A stretch of 64,000 bases of DNA from Balanoglossus misakiensis. Its lineage: Eukaryota > Animalia > Hemichordata. Location: positions 3,400,783 through 3,464,782 of the forward strand of contig CM082580.2 in NCBI GenBank assembly GCA_040954595.2, in the 5' to 3' direction. Under the pieces are notes generated by a model, which saw only the letters and a list, made by a program, of their open reading frames with translations, was not told the DNA's origin and searched no databases. Shown one piece after another: positions 1 through 12,006 of the stretch. The position numbers and the translations under genes were made by a program. Numbering within the stretch: position 1 is the stretch's first letter; every line of letters begins with the position of its first letter.

Positions 1-339
1 CAAATCATTCTGAAATTTGGTTTTCCAACTCAATTTGAAAACTTCATGGGTTTTACTTTTAGTGTACATTTGATAAATAAGTAACAACTGCGTCTTGGAA
101 AAACCTGCTGTATCTCACCAGAGTATAAACCTAACTGGGAGGCATGGTACCATTGGCAAGGCATACAAAGTACACAAAAAAGTGGAAATATATTTCTGGA
201 AACCTGTCTATATCGAACATATTTTCCGGACTCTTCACATAGAACCATAAACCAGACTTCTCTGCACACCAAACAATTTCCCTTGTCCTCTTTGTTCAGT
301 GCCTGATTTAAACATTTTTTACTGTACATGGAAATTTAC

Positions 340-473
340 CTGTGTTCTGCTGTTGATGGTGGTGGGCTGGCTATGGCTCCAAGAGGTGCCCATCTCTCTC
401 CTTTCGGTCTTTCCATCATCTGTTCATCCAGGCTGTCGTAGGAGTCATCACCAGGTGCTGTTTCCTCCATCAT
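340..473 (-). CDS. RUNDC1: First coding exon of a gene running off the left edge; probable RUN domain-containing protein 1
   Basis: Exon 481-340 has an AG acceptor (483-482) and a GTAAAT donor (339). ATG at 473 gives MMEETAPGDDSYDSLDEQMMERPKGERWAPLGAIASPPPSTAEH. An acidic N-terminus followed by RWAPLGA resembles the RWAPVGA motif I recall from RUNDC1 N-termini. No RUN domain lies in the window, so the symbol is tentative. Confidence 0.5.
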
Positions 474-2454
474 TTTGTCGTCTACAAAGGACACAAAATA
501 TCACATCATGCCAGAAACAGAAATAATTGTGTAAAGCCTCAAAGGTTACTGCTAATATATTACTGAAAAATTTGGATCAAACATAAACCCCTTACATGCA
601 CAGTAGCATAGCTTCCAACAATTTACTTGGCCATGCTGTGTGTGAATTAAAGGTACTGTTTATTTTCATGTATAATTCACACACATAGTTTTGAGATTAC
701 ATTTAAATCAATAAATACTAGACAGCTGAGTGCTACGATGACAAAGTGCCACGTTTTATTTGGAATACCAGAAATCTGCCAACACTACTTGTATAAATTT
801 GCATTGCCTTGCCACTGCTAGTGGTACCCAAAAATGAACAAGTATTTTCCTCTGTAAAATGTCAACACATCAGCTGTTATTTTGGCTACGACTCATCTGA
901 ATTAAAAGTCACGGAAAAAAAACAGCATTTACATGTTGTATTTCAGAAAATCAGCCGTATGAGTCAAGTTTATTAGTGATGTCACCCCCTCAATTACACC
1001 CACCCATCCTGCTACACATGAAAAACACTCATGAAACAATGAAAGGATACTTTTAACAAAAAAGTGTATTCATGTGTGTGGGGGCAGCCTTGGTATTTTA
1101 TTTAGAAACTTACATGTATGTAGCTACATTATTTAAATGAAGCCCTAGCATGTATTCACTGGAATGGCCTGTAAATTCACACAAGCTTAAATTTCTTTTG
1201 TGAAAATGCAGATCAATTCAAGCTACAACTATAGTATAAGCAGACAAACTGTGATCAAATGCAGACAATTGTTTTACTCCCAGTCACAAGCAATGGAATA
1301 CACCTGTAGCAGTGTAGGGCTTCAGTAATTTAATTATTAAACTCAGTATCATATAAATTTAATTACTGAGTTCTATGGGGGATCATCACTGGACCGACTT
1401 TCATAAAATGTAGTAGTACGTCAGAGATTCTTGTGTCTGTTGTCTTACAGTAATTTCTACTACAATGTGATATTATCTCTCACTAGTCTCAGCTGTATTT
1501 CTGAAGAGTATATTTGTATGTGACCTTGTGCTGACAACAACTTTGCAATGATGAGATTAGCTGCAGATTTGTAGCTTGAGGTTTTATCTGGCATTATAGC
1601 CAGTGGTTTTGCTGTCCACACTCAATACCAGGCAAATCCCGAGCTACGGTTCTGCGGCTAGTTGTGTGATATGTGACCTCTACAATGTACATGCTATTGA
1701 CTGTATCCCCCAACTCAGTCCATTGACAAGTCAAGAGATTGGTGACCACAATTTTTTTACTGGGCTTATTCAATGAACATATTACACATGCCGGTAAAGT
1801 GCACTACGAAATTAATAAACGAAGAAGGCATGTCCCTGACAAATGGTTAGATCATTGGTAGACTGGTATCAAAACACCTGTGTGTGAATCTAAAACACAC
1901 TGCGGTCTGGATACCAGGCTAACTGGATGGGTACCTATCATTATATAAACCATGTCATGGAGATTGAAGTAACAGTTAAGTAGATTTGTGAGATAAGACA
2001 CAACATAAACAAATAAAAGAATGGAACTTAGAAAACAAGTAGACATGTGTACGGTTCCCGTGTCCATAGGCATGGAAATAGCATTGAGAACAGATGTTTA
2101 CCCCCTAACCCCATCCCCACCCCCGCGATTCAGTGTCACTACATTCTCTACTTGGTCTAGCTTGGGTAGGTGTAGTATAATTATCAAATATAACGAAATG
2201 CGGCCGCAAACAACCTAGCACAGATCACAGTCGGTGGACAGATATATGCGTAAATAGCCATTGCCTCCGCGTACATGAATGAACGGCAATAATAACCAAC
2301 GAAAACGATGAGTTCAACACAAACTGCTCTTCATTAACTATGTATGAATAATGCAGTTACATATTTATGACGTACAACACGTACACTGTACAGGCAGAAT
2401 TCCCCTTCCATATGGAAGGAATATTGATAGAAAATGTAACCAACTGCCACGTAC

Positions 2455-2670
2455 CTTTTATCACTCCAAAATATTGGTCGATCCACAGTTTATATAAAGA
2501 CCACAAATACACATAAATCCGGTGATCTAATTATCTGGATACGGCTGGAGTCATATCGCTCGACACGTACACAGTGCAGCGTCACTTGCACTCACTGTTG
2601 CGCCGCCATATTGGAATCGCCGCATCCCACAGCATCCGGGATAGCGTAATCGCTGACGTCACAAGTTCTA
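2455..2670 (-). promoter_or_regulatory. Probable promoter and non-coding first exon of the left-edge gene
   Basis: Locally CpG-rich. It has a perfect CRE palindrome TGACGTCA at 2654-2661, a YY1-like AATATGGCGGCG on - (~2601-2612), and a splice donor AG|GTACGT at 2455/2454. Confidence 0.5.
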
Positions 2671-4440
2671 CGTCGAAAACTGATTTACATTATTTATACA
2701 TGATCCAGTTGGTTCACCCACGCGTACTGAGTACCTCTATCGGCGCATCGCATTCATTGAACTCGACTAGAACTGCATCTTTTGACTTCTCATTGTTTCA
2801 GAATGGTCCAGGAAAGAAGACCAACTTTTTATTAAATAACATGCAAGGGAAAACGCATTCTTGCGTTGTTGTCATTTTGTTGTGTAGGGCCTACGGGGTA
2901 GGGGGGGGGGGGGCGGTGGAAATCAGAAGGGGGTTTACTTTAACAACGCACATGAAGCAGGTCGCGATGTGTAATTAATTTTAAAATACCGAAAATATTC
3001 TCCAAATTTACAGATACTGTGGCTATAAGGTAGGGTGTATTGTTACAAACTGAATGTAATTCTGAAAAGAATCATATGTCAGCAACATCAATAGTCAGTC
3101 TGAGCTGACAAGCAGAATACTGAGTATTTAACAATATGCTATGCGAAGCAGAAGAAACTATAGCTGATTAATTGAACCAGAATAATGAAAAAATAGCCAA
3201 AGGTTTCATGCTATTGTGATATCTTTGATTAAGAACATCATAAGAAGCCTGCAAATAAAATGTCAACGCATTTGACCAGTTACTCTGACGAGTCGCTCTG
3301 ACTCTCCGCGTCACTGAAGTAAACTGCGTCTGTTGTAGGGCCTACCACTCAGTTCTGACGAGTCGTTTTGAGTGCAGGTTTCAAGAAATAAACTCCATTG
3401 AAACACTTTGGTCTGATGAGTCACTTTTGTGTATCTAGTTCACTCACGTCAATTGTTTGTTTCGTACCACTGGGTAAGTTGTCAACATTCAATTTGAACA
3501 AGCGTTCATCATAAAATGGGTTTGAGAACGGTACGTGCAAAATCATTCACTGTAGACTGTTCGCTCTACACATCTGGTGACCGTGATTAAAGGCAGTTGA
3601 GTAATCATAGTCAAAACTTGACACATTTTGGCACATACCACGAATTATACCCATGTACTTTCTGCTAATTAGGCCTAGCAATGATTTTATTTCAATTTTA
3701 TGTTGATACGTGTTAAATACGAAGCTCTACATGCAGGGTTTGAAATTTGCCAAGTCACTAGGGCCCACGCCCCAAATATCCAGGTGGGATATCAAAAACG
3801 CTACGTCAAGAATTTTGCCCCTGAAAACGCCACGTCAGGAATTTCGCCCCTTGAAAAGCAATAACTTACCATACAAGCAAATATGCGTGTGATTTACGAC
3901 GAGAATGCGAAAGTCGAGTAAATAATTGTTTCAATATATGAGTTTTAAAACCTTATTTTTTACGGGTTGTAAATGGTACATAAATCGTACCAGTACACGG
4001 TACACCAGTACCAGCCTGAGTGACGTTGCAGCGTATCAAAATTAATGGTGTAGGCCTATTTCTTGATCAAACAGTAAAGACCTATATTTTATTTGCCCAA
4101 TAAACGAATTAAAAAACACCTTGGATTTAGATACACCAATACTCCTTTGGACTTTTAGTGACTAATACAATATACATGTACACACGCTCAATACATTGGC
4201 TTTGGGCTTAGTTTTGACCCCCAGCCCTGGCTGTACCAAAAGTGCACCCGAGTAAAGGGAGGAAAAATAGATGAAATAGTACACCAGTGTACTTATTTAG
4301 CAGAATATTAACCACCATAGATGTTGGCAATGGTACAAATTCGACGGCCATGTATCTAAATAATTTAAAGCCCCTATAGTTGCCAAATTTCACATATGTT
4401 TTTTCCACAATAAATTACTTCAAATATATTCCCTATCCTC

Positions 4441-4600
4441 TAAAATCCTCACTATTAAGCCATATTACTTGCATTTGCACCAGTTTGTTATCTCTTGGTG
4501 ACGCATACCACGATAGATGTGTGTATGGAGGCCGATTAAATCGATGCGACACCGTTTTAATACATAGCGTGTTCAAATCTCTACATACAGCCACGATAAA
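4441..4600. repeat. Dispersed repeat, second copy at ~56838-56990
   Basis: Both sites share TAAAATC.CAC.ATTAAGCCATATTACTTGCATTTGCA.CAGTTTGT.ATCTC followed by TGTG..GAGGCC.ATTAAA. Confidence 0.6.
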
Positions 4601-5144
4601 GTGTTCATGTATACATATCAGTAATGGCATGGTTAGTGTACAATAACAACAATTGATTGAACTATTAAATGGTGTGAATTTAATTTTAAGTATTAATCGC
4701 AGGCGGAAAAATAGTAAAATGTGACCTTTCCAGCTTTAATTTAAATATGACCTCCATCACCGCGGCAACCCCCGGCGGCCATTTCCCTAGAAGAACTGAA
4801 AACTCTCTAACTCCAGAATGTTGTTTATAAAGTTAACTGTAAGCTTAGTATCGTGATTAAACAGCCGTATGACTTGATCAGGCACTAACTCATTCATCGC
4901 CTGTACAAGCAGAACATACATATTAATTTTATGATACTTTTAATTTATATGACCAACCAGCTTCCAATACACTTTTTCATTAAGCGAGTTAATCAACCGA
5001 ATGTGGGAATTGTTGGCCAAATCACGCATCAATAAGCCAGGTGGTTATAAAAAAAAGAATTTATGTCCTGTCCAGCGGTTAGAGTAATTTACTAAGTAAA
5101 CATAAAGGTATCCGTTAGCTGAACACCCTCTGCGAAATGAAATC

Positions 5145-5151
5145 TATAAAA
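5145..5151 (+). promoter_or_regulatory. TATA box of the BRICHOS precursor gene
   Basis: TATAAAA about 100 bp upstream of the ATG at 5246. Confidence 0.5.
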
Positions 5152-5245
5152 TAAGGTTTGTGTGGAATGAAAAAAACGCCACTACTCAGAGTTCAGTTCT
5201 GAAAGTCATCCATAAGAAGCACCGGAACAGGAAGAAGATTGAAGA

Positions 5246-7442
5246 ATGAAGAACACTACTGTTACACTAGTTTGTCTGGTCGCTCTAAGTGGTCTAATCC
5301 ACTTCACGAAGGTGAGGCGATTTTTCTATCATTATAGGCATGCACAATGCTTTTTGTTTGATGTGATCTGACAAATAGTATAGCATTACTTAAAGGTTTA
5401 CCTGGAACTAGCGTATGATAAAACAAAACGTATACTAAGGAAAAACTCTACATGTTATGGACCGCGATTATAGCATTAAAACTTGTGAAGTATCATCGGT
5501 TGGAATGATATTCATTGATTTCTAGTTTTCTTGTGGGTTTTTATTTCTGTAAAATATATATGACGTTCGCATCGCAAAATAGTTTTTAGACAACGAAGGT
5601 GACCAAACGATTGATTACAACCAATAGCAATTGGTGTACGTTTCTCGAAAGGGTATTGCAGCCATTAATGAGACCAACATTTGTATTTTGTCCTGTTACA
5701 GGCCAAATCTTACACGGTGACAATAGACGACAATGGAGTTGAGAAACAAGAATCGGTGATTGTTGATGAAGACAAGAACGTTGAGATATTTCAAGCGCTT
5801 GATTCAGAGGCACACATTGTCGCCGACTTCGATGCGGTAAGTGGCTTTACAGGCAATAGAAATTTTAACAGCACCAACGAGGCTAACTTGGATTACACCA
5901 AATCTGCCAGTGTATAATATTTGTACTGTAACCTAAAACGTATGGAATTTCTTCGCAATTATCTCTTCTCGAAAAAGTGCTCAGGCTTAGTATCTAGTTT
6001 TTGAATGAGGCAGCATAAACATCTTTCGATGTCATTTATAGTACGGTAAGAATTGATCATTTGCAAAATTCAATTATTTCAAATAATGTTTCTGGACATA
6101 TGCTAATTGTCATTACCTTAACTTGCCACTAGGCGAAAAAGGGGATTCTTGTAGTGTGCTCTCCAGAAATAGGGTGGGGTGTGTCGACAATTATTTTTAC
6201 TTTTCAAAATTATGACTACATGTATGTGTGAATTAGGGTTAGGCGTGAACAAGGGTAGATGATGTTACCGGAAACACAATTTTTATAGGTCTCAAAAGTT
6301 TTATCAGACGTTTTAATATTAACCGTAATTAATAGACTTTTGATAATGAGCATTAAATTCCTTGTTGAAGTTAAAGTGTTTAATATAACGACATTTGGTA
6401 TGTTATTGTGATTCAGGGACTGAAAGCTATAGTCAACGATGAAGAAAATGTATGTTACGTATCGCCGCTGGAAAGCGACAAGTTTGTCAAACCCTCCGAC
6501 CTGAAGTCCATCCTAGAGACAAACGAGGTAATTCCTTTATATCTTTGTTAATAGTTGACTCATTTCAACTTTGTATGAACAATTCGGAAGCGAAATAATA
6601 CACCACCATGCATGAACTGACATAAATGTCAAACTATTATTTTCCTGGAAGAAATTATTCACAAATGGATCATGAATCTGGAGAAACGGGAAATATGACT
6701 TTTGTTTTCTTTGTTTATTCTTGGAATTTTTCTAGAAATTGACAGCCAAGAGTGAGTACTCTGAACAATTCTCTGTAACTGGTGAACCAATAGCCAACAG
6801 AGGCATGGTTGGAGAGACCATTGACGAAGAATGTGAAGGCAAGGCCATCTATTGGTTGACAGCCAGAGAGCGCCAAAATCCAGGTAAATGAAGTTAAGGA
6901 CAAATGTATGACACGTTGGTTCGGCAGGTGCAATGCCTAATGCGCAGGTCAATGAAAAAATACCAAAGTGTGTTCATATGTAAGATTTTCATGTGAGTGT
7001 AATATCATGGTCTCTGAATATGAGACACTCTTTAATAAGGACTGGGCAATAACTGTTCAAAACAACAAAATCAATGGACGAATGGAACTTATAAGACAGG
7101 AGCAAGCTAATCTTACAATTTCCCCTTCTTAATCGTCATGCACACTTACTTAATTTTGTATCGAATTTCGATAAAAGCAAATTAAAGTGGAAGGTTTAAT
7201 TTTCTCGATTTCCCTTGAATATTCCTTCGTGATTTAGTATGTCACCAGTAACAATACTGGCAGTAGGTTCGTGGTGTATCATAGATGCAATTCGGTGATA
7301 TCTTATAAAGATTCTTTTCACTACGATGTTCTGATAGTCAATTATGTCTGTTTGTCCTACAGAGAAACGAAGCCTCGAATGCAGGAAAGTCTGTGGCTAC
7401 ATTGGCTGGTTCAAAGTATGTTATGAAGTTTGCGATGACTAG
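5246..7442 (+). CDS. Secreted BRICHOS-domain precursor with a C-terminal four-Cys beta-hairpin-type peptide (179 aa, 5 exons)
   Basis: Exons 5246-5311, 5702-5836, 6417-6527, 6736-6883 and 7363-7442, all GT-AG with matching phases (0,0,0,1). Signal peptide MKNTTVTLVCLVALSGLIHFTKA. BRICHOS hallmarks IVADFDAGL..VCYV..IDEECEGKAIYWL (conserved Asp and two Cys). A dibasic KR site is followed by SLECRKVCGYIGWFKVCYEVCDD*. AATAAA at 7542. Confidence 0.88.
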
Positions 7443-8997
7443 ACACTAGCTGGAAGAAAAGGCATTCATGTCAGTCTTTATGCCTTTTATCTGAAATGGC
7501 GTCCCACTGTAATGTGACGTCCTTAGCATTCCAGCAAAATGAATAAAATACACAAAGCATATACTCCTGTGCGTAGTTTCTACTTTTGTCAACAAATCAG
7601 ACCCCTCTCCAAATATACTGGCGGTATTTTTTATGGTGGACGCAATTATAGGAACTTGATCAGTTTCTTTAACCATGTGAAGATGGATTGATCTCGTCAC
7701 ACCCCCCTTATGGGTCCTGACTTAAAGATTGACGTTTTGACGTGTTAACCATAACCTTCTCAACCTATGGTTATAGCATTTTATATATGGTGTGTCTAAT
7801 TTTTTTTAAATGGCGTGATTTACTGTCCAACGACTGTCATGGATGACTTCCGCCATCAACCAATACAGCAACATATTTGTAAAGACTTTGTTAATATCAA
7901 TGACGTTTTACAGAGTAAATCACACGGTCTGAGAAAGTACACTATGAAGTCGCGAATTAATTTTCGGTCTTCGAAATTTTGAGTTTGTTCAAGATTTCCT
8001 CCTTCTCGGGAATCCCCAAATATCAGGCTTCACATACCATCACATAAAATATGACACATGTAGTAAAGATCTCAAGAAATGTTAGATCTTTCCCAATCTT
8101 GACAAACTATACATGTATAACTATATGCGAAAGAACGGAAGTTTCGACGGTCGATTATTAAGAGCATTAAAGATTAACGCCCATGTAAAACCATGGCACA
8201 ACAAGAAAACTGAAAAAAGAAGTCACTTGTACCGATAACAGTATTGCACCGGGCGTTTCGACAGATGCACATGAATGAAATATCTTGTTGGAGCTCTCAC
8301 GGGTATATTAAATAGTGTGTTAACGCTTTCTTGGCGCAATCCTACTGCCTCAGCTCATAAGCTATGAACAGTGATGGGCCAATGGAATGCGCGCCAATTT
8401 TGTAAATATACCGTCTCCACATCTTTATGTGGAAAATTTGCAGTGCCTTTTCTGACAAAGGTATGGAGTATATCCTTGGAGAATGTTCAGAAGATAGGAA
8501 GATGCTTGGATGTGTGTTGAAATCAAATGCACACAGAGCGTGCGATTGACTTTTCCGCGGCCATGTTGGTATTTTAAAAGAAACAAAAACATTGTAATAA
8601 TCACATACACACAACTGAAAATAGTTGCTTAAGGGCACCTAAGCTGCAACTGGATAAAAAATTTAACCTTTAAATAATCTCATTATATGCTTTTAATTAT
8701 GTCTATTTGTATACCGTCATTCCTTCATCTGTAGTCTGACATGAACAGATACGAACAATTAAATGAATTTACTGTAAAAATGGACCATACTTTTATGGTT
8801 TCGTAATCAAAGCCCATTAGTGGTACTAACACACGCGCACACACAAACGCGTAAATTTTGATTTTCATATTAATATTAAAGGCACCGAATACAAAAGTGG
8901 ACGGAAAACGGCGATTCTGACACAAACAAACAAAAATGGATGATGTCAATTTCCATGAATGAGACCACGGCGACTTTGCACGAGCGACCATGATCAT

Positions 8998-9065
8998 TAG
9001 TCTTGGTTACCCAGACTCCTCTACTTCGTCCGTAAGAAGCAGAGGAATCTGGGTAACCTAGACTA
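8998..9065. mobile_element. 68-bp palindromic non-autonomous element, AcademH-like
   Basis: TAGTCTTGGTTACCCAGACTCCTCT...AGAGGAATCTGGGTAACCTAGACTA hairpin with TAG..CTA termini, flanked by a 10-bp near-duplication CCATGATCAT (8988-8997) / CCGTGATCAT (9066-9075). Confidence 0.7.
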
Positions 9066-9179
9066 CCGTGATCATGAGATCCATGAAATGTAACCTTCCA
9101 AGATTGTACACAGCTCCAATACGTGTTTTTCTGTTTAAAAAAATCATGAAATTTATCATCTGCCCAATAATATCAGATC

Positions 9180-10094
9180 CTAAGCAGTTTTGACGACGTC
9201 CATAGTAAGGCCTCGTGCCCTGATGTTGAAATTACCACGCATGTGGCTCAAGATGTGACCGATGGACTCGAACACGGGGTCAAAGGTCGCCCTCAAGATC
9301 ACTTCCCATGGCGTTGAAATGATGCGAAGTATGATGAAGAAAACTTTGAGGATGGGTTGTACAATCCACACCACCAGGAAGTTGAGGATTCCGAAGATAA
9401 GACCCCACACCGTTCCTAGCAACCAACCCAGCAGGGCGACTAGTACACGATAGGTGAAATCCTGCAACAGAATATTGAGGCGAAAGTTCAACAGATGATC
9501 AATACATGTATATTGAACAAGTTCAGCTTTTATAATGCTAAGGTTGATTCTGACGTTGTTGTGACGTGCCTTTGTTCTGACACAACGGGGCACGAGAGGC
9601 ATATGACACATAAGTTCACAAAAGATTTGTACCACGGAACTTTCATATGCAAATGAGTACCGTGCCATCTGACTGTACTAGCAACCATCCGCGTCTATAG
9701 TTTCTGACTCATGTTCGTCTGTGTGAGAATATATTACAACGTCGACGGCAGTGCCTAACACATCTTACATTGATACCTACTTACCTGCACAACATTATAC
9801 AGCGTACCATAGGCTCCGACTATTGGCTTCCAATTTCTGGCTGTTTTTGGTTCTTGAAAAACTTCCGAAAACGAGAGCTGAAAATGTGTGGTACTTTGGT
9901 TACGAAAATTAGGACTATACATGCGGCTGAAGTCGTGGGAACCACAAAGCCTTTATAATTATTTATAAATAATAAGTAGCAGGTCGTTTTGTTGTTTTCC
10001 TAATCAAGTGGCCTAATTATGTCTGTCTGCCCACCTGTCATTCCTCCCTTCCTTCATCATTCACCGATCGTTCCAGTCAGTCTGTCTGTATGTA

Positions 10095-10125
<31 letters not shown>

Positions 10126-10168
10126 TGTATGTATGTATGTATGTATGTATGTATGTATGTATGTATGT

Positions 10169-10200
<32 letters not shown>

Positions 10201-10398
10201 TTTGGTGTCAAGTAAAGTCCCTTAATGAGTGAAGCCGCAAAAGCTAATAAATACCTCTACGTGGTTGTCAAAGTTGAATATATTGTCATCATACATTTTC
10301 CTCGAGTTAAATACAAAGTCTTTGACTCCTTCCGCCATTGTACGAGCAATGCCTGGTTCACCAGCAAGTTCAATAACGGAGTCGGAGCTTTTAGGCAT
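9180..10398 (-). CDS. Caveolin family protein (172 aa, 3 coding exons)
   Basis: Exons 10398-10255 (MPKSS...FDNHVE), 9877-9785 (LSFSEVFQEPKTARNW..., a variant of the FEDVIAEP signature) and 9461-9180 (DFTYRVLVALLG...WGLIFGILNFLVVWIVQP...DPVFESIG). All are phase 0, GT-AG. Probable non-coding exon 1 ends at 11786. Confidence 0.9.
10097..10200. repeat. (ATGT)n/(GT)n compound microsatellite in a caveolin intron
   Basis: Directly visible. Confidence 0.95.
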
Positions 10399-11785
10399 TC
10401 TGCAAGGAAAAAAGAGATGTCATGACGACATTATTACGGAAGTCAACAACACCATAGCAACTACACAGGCGTATACTGCGCATCCAAACTATGCCAACTA
10501 GTAAATGACGTAGCCCACGTACACCACAGCGATATCTCTGCACCTTATCAGTTATTCCTCATGTACAATTACGTAATGAATTCTACATCCTGTCTTCGTT
10601 GTCATGGTGATGTAGCAACTGTTTACAGTTCTACAATCGCACTGAGATAAACATTAGAAATGTAGTACGCTAGCAAATTGCTAACTAGTAAATAAATTTG
10701 ATAACTACAACAGACACTGATTCAGTCTTCAAAAGATAGAGCCGTTGGAGCCAATGTCGATTTTTCCTTTAAAATACGAATCTTTGACATCGATTGATTG
10801 GGAAAGGACCGCCACACTCCAACGAATTGAACCTGAATTTTTGAAGATCTTTGCGGTCATGCGATCGAGTTGACTCAATCAGTGCCACAGACACAGTGGC
10901 ACTTCCCTTCAATTGTGGATGCTGATACATGTACAATCACTATACAACAACTTAAAACGTAATTCCCCAATGTATTGACACGACGGTTTGTTGAATGAGT
11001 CAAGTCGTGTGGCAAACACGATTGTGAGTATCTGTCCGTTTATTTGAGATGTTGAATCAAATACTTTGAGTTTGGCGTTTTGTGTCAACCGCTCTCGTTA
11101 TTTGAGAGGAAAGCCACGCCAGTATTGTTTTACTGTCGATGACAGAAACTTTGACAGAGAAAAGCCCCCACCCCGTCACTTCAGAATTCATTCATTTCAC
11201 AACTTACAATTGTCGAAAAAGTTTAGAATTGTGACTTTTTCGTGAAAGCTTTGCTCACATTGGGTGATTTGTCTGACATTGGTGAAATAACCGTCGACCC
11301 TTAAAGCAAATTGTGTACAGTAGGCAAAGGACACAAGATAATGTCGGTCACACTATACTCTGACCGACAAAGGCGTAATTTTCCTAATGATCAGTGGTAG
11401 CCATAGCGACTGAAAATGCGTGAATGGAATAATTTGCATGATGCACGACAGTTATCCAAACACCGCACTAAGTCTAAACACCCATGTTGCCAAAATGACT
11501 GCGGACTCTACAATAAAATTTACGTGTGGCGAACCTTGGCTCCAGGGAGACGTAATTGCACTGAAAAGAATTGAAACTTTTCCAAGCCAACTCTATTTAT
11601 CATGTGAATTGCTGAAAAACGTATATGGGGCGAAAAGATGTACACTAATATCAGATGGTATTTACAAAATGTACATAAATTACATACGCGCAAGTCTATT
11701 ACCTTTTTTCATAATGTAGTTGATTTCAAAAGTTAGAAGAACAAACACCGGTTACACACAAGTTGAAGTGAAATATCAGTCTTAC

Positions 11786-11877
11786 CTGTTTATCGTCTAC
11801 GTTTAATGAAGAAGTTGGTGATCCTCGACCTCGTTTGCGTTCTCCTGACACAGAGAGAGCCCAGTTTTCTTTATATA
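11786..11877 (-). promoter_or_regulatory. Caveolin TATA box and non-coding exon 1
   Basis: TATATAAAG on - at 11877-11869 and a strong donor CAG|GTAAGA at 11786/11785. The next acceptor lies immediately before the ATG exon (10399). Confidence 0.6.
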
Positions 11878-12006
11878 GACTCGCACTACGCGACTGTTGC
11901 TATGGCTAATAAACAAGACCATGGCTGTAATGTTCATTTTCATAATACAAATCAGGTGGGGCTTTGCATACATGCCGAAGAACACACAGCTGATTGTTTG
12001 CTTTTA

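Noticed and set aside
3284-3430. Three CTGA(C/T)GAGTC motifs resembling hammerhead ribozyme cores
   Set aside because: None is followed by a closing stem II plus GAAA, so no hammerhead fold can be built by eye.
3734-4229. Possible hAT MITE (CAGGG...CCCTG)
   Set aside because: Only 5 bp of inverted match and no 8-bp TSD.
9462-9668. N-terminal part of the 162-aa ORF 9180-9668
   Set aside because: Intronic read-through; the true caveolin exon begins at the acceptor at 9461.
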